Shown here: positions 36,713 to 38,296 of the stretch, piece after piece | How positions within the stretch are numbered: position 1 is the stretch's first letter | Layout of the letters: each line of letters opens with the position of its first letter | NCBI RefSeq assembly: GCF_004010195.1 | Contig: NW_025214830.1 | Location: 13,841-52,136 of the forward strand | DNA length: 38,296 bases | Direction of reading: 5' to 3' | From: Chiloscyllium plagiosum | Taxonomy: Eukaryota | Notes under the pieces: generated by a model | What the model saw: only the letters and a program-made list of their open reading frames with translations | Told to the model about the DNA's origin: nothing | Databases searched by the model: none | Made by a program: the position numbers and the translations under genes

Positions 36713-37054
36713 TTTATTAGAACAGATCCACAAATCAAAGAATTAAATTCTGGAAATCAATGAAATTAAAATAGAAAGTGCAGGAACCATACGGCAGATT
36801 CACCAGTTTAAAAAAAAAGTGCTCATGTTCTGTGTTTACTCTGATTCCATGTAGCATTTTGTGTTGAGTATGTCCCTTGACTAATTTGCTACTGAGGTGT
36901 CTATCCTATTTTATAAATGTTTCACAGACCATGCAAATATCATTTCTATACAAAGATTGCTCTGTAGCAAACATATATTTATGATTATTTTTCATTTCCT
37001 TAATTCTGTCAAGATGTGGCATTCTCTTTGACGCAGCATACACACTTAAGAAGT

Positions 37055-38296
37055 ATACTTAGGGAAGATATTCCCTTGAATACATCCAGGGAAGATATTT
37101 GGGTGGAACTGAAAAATAAAAAAGGGGTGTTCACCTTATTAGGATTGTATTATACACCCCCTAATAGTCAGCGGGAGTTTGATTTGTAAGGAAATCTCAG
37201 TTATCTGTAAGAAAAATAGGGTGGTTATGGTAAGGGATTTGAACTTTCCAAACATAGGCTGGGACTGCCATAGTGTTAAGGGCTTAGATGGAGAGGAATT
37301 TAAATGTGTACAAGAAAATTTTCTAATGGAGTATGTGGATGTACCTACTAGAGAAGGTGCAAAACTTGACCTACTCTTGGGAAATAAGGCAGGGCAGATG
37401 ACTGAGGTGTCAGTGGGGGAGCACTTTGGGGCCAGCGACCATAATTTTATAAGTTTTACAATAATGATGGAAAAGGATAGACCAGAGCTAAAAGTTGAAG
37501 TTCTAAATTGGAGCAAGGCTAATTTTGACAGTAATAAGCAAGAACTTTCAAAAGCTGATGGGCACAGATGTTCGCAGGTGAAGACATGGCTGGAAAATGG
37601 GAAGCCTTCAGAAATGAGATAATAAGAGATCAGAGACAGTATATTCCTGTTAGGGTGAAAGGTAACACTGGGAGGTATAGGGAATGCTGGATGACTAGAG
37701 AAATTAAGGCTTTGGTTAAGAAAAAGAAGGATGCATATGTCAGGTATAGACAGGATAGATCGAGTGAATCCTTAGAAAAGTTTAAAGGCAGTAGGAATAT
37801 ACTTAAGAGAGGAAGCAGGAGGGCAAAAAAGGGGACATGAGATAGCTTTGGCAAATAGGGTTAAGGTGAATACAAAGAGTTTTATAAATACGTTAAGGAC
37901 AAAAGGGTAACCAGGGAGAGATTAGGGCCCCTCAAAGATCAGTAAAGCAGTCTATCTGTGAAGCCGCAGGAGATGGGGGAGATAGTAAACGAGTATTTTG
38001 CATCAGTGCTTATTGTGGAGAAGGACATGGAAGATATAGAATGTAGTGTAATAGATGGTGACACCTTGAACAATGTCCATATTACAGAGGAGGAGATGCT
38101 GTATGTCTTGAAATGTATAAAAGTGGATAAATCCCCAGGACCTGATCAGGTATACCCTAGAACTCTGTGGGAAGCTAGAGAAGTGATTGCTGGGCCTCTT
38201 GCTGAGATATTTGTATCATCGATAGTCACAGGTGAGGTGCTGGAAGACTATTTAACAGAGGTGGTAAGGAAAGCCCAGTTAACTATAGAGCAGTGA
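37055..38296 (+). mobile_element. 5'-truncated, decayed CR1-clade LINE, ORF2 region (C-terminal part of the APE endonuclease, linker, start of the pre-RT region); continues past the window
   Basis: Spliced-frame translation gives IWVELKNKKG..LLGLYYTPPNS, VVMVRDLNFPNIGW (GDFN-type motif), PTREGAKLDLLLGN, GEHFGASDHNFISF (SDH catalytic motif), WMTREIKALVKKKK, EYFASV, KSPGPDQVYPRTL, PLAEIF and LFNRGGKESPVNYRAV. These are characteristic CR1 ORF2 motifs. Confidence 0.92.
37055..38296 (+). pseudogene. disrupted endonuclease/reverse-transcriptase ORF2 (pieces 37179-37622, 37568-37840, 37958-38296)
   Basis: Frameshifts near ~37180, ~37560 and ~37830, an in-frame TAA at 37943-37945, and a deletion at ~38247 that removes the conserved WRxANVVP-type motif. 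Confidence 0.88.

Larger units (their letters stand above)
36229..36724. repeat. 12-bp direct repeat (target-site duplication) TTTATTAGAACA at 36229-36240 and 36713-36724
   Basis: Exact match read directly from the sequence; it brackets the PLE-like fragment. Confidence 0.9.

Noticed and set aside
36725..37054. AT-rich spacer with an A9 run
   Set aside because: No ORF, structure or recognisable repeat; treated as ordinary intergenic or intronic DNA.
37061..37099. 12-bp direct repeat AGGGAAGATATT near the CR1 5' end (possible TSD; also resembles the satellite core AGGGAAG)
   Set aside because: Both copies lie inside ORF2 coding sequence (REDI...REDI) only 27 bp apart, so they do not flank an insertion; the 7-bp similarity to the satellite is chance-level.
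37139..37854. Minus-strand ORFs of 125 aa and 74 aa
   Set aside because: They are antisense shadows of the CR1 ORF2 fragments.

Overview
Eukaryotic (vertebrate, most likely cartilaginous-fish/shark-like; this is inference from the repeat families) genomic DNA with no credible host gene. Positions 1-~35826 are one head-to-tail tandem array of a GC- and CpG-rich 26-bp satellite (consensus GGTACAGCGCGAGGGAAGCGTGTCCC, roughly 1300 sequenced copies). Three assembly gaps interrupt it, and it is organised into sub-domains with nested higher-order duplications. All ORFs over the array are artefacts of a stop-free 26-mer read through all three frames. The last ~2.5 kb is AT-rich and holds three items: a probable 3' end of a retroposon (~35830-36195); a 472-bp Penelope-like insertion (36241-36712) with a perfect 12-bp target-site duplication, scrambled inverted 5' end and a minimal hammerhead ribozyme; and a decayed 5'-truncated CR1-type LINE ORF2 (~37055-end). 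I see no evidence of a new protein-coding system. The best leads are the hammerhead-bearing insertion and the satellite architecture.
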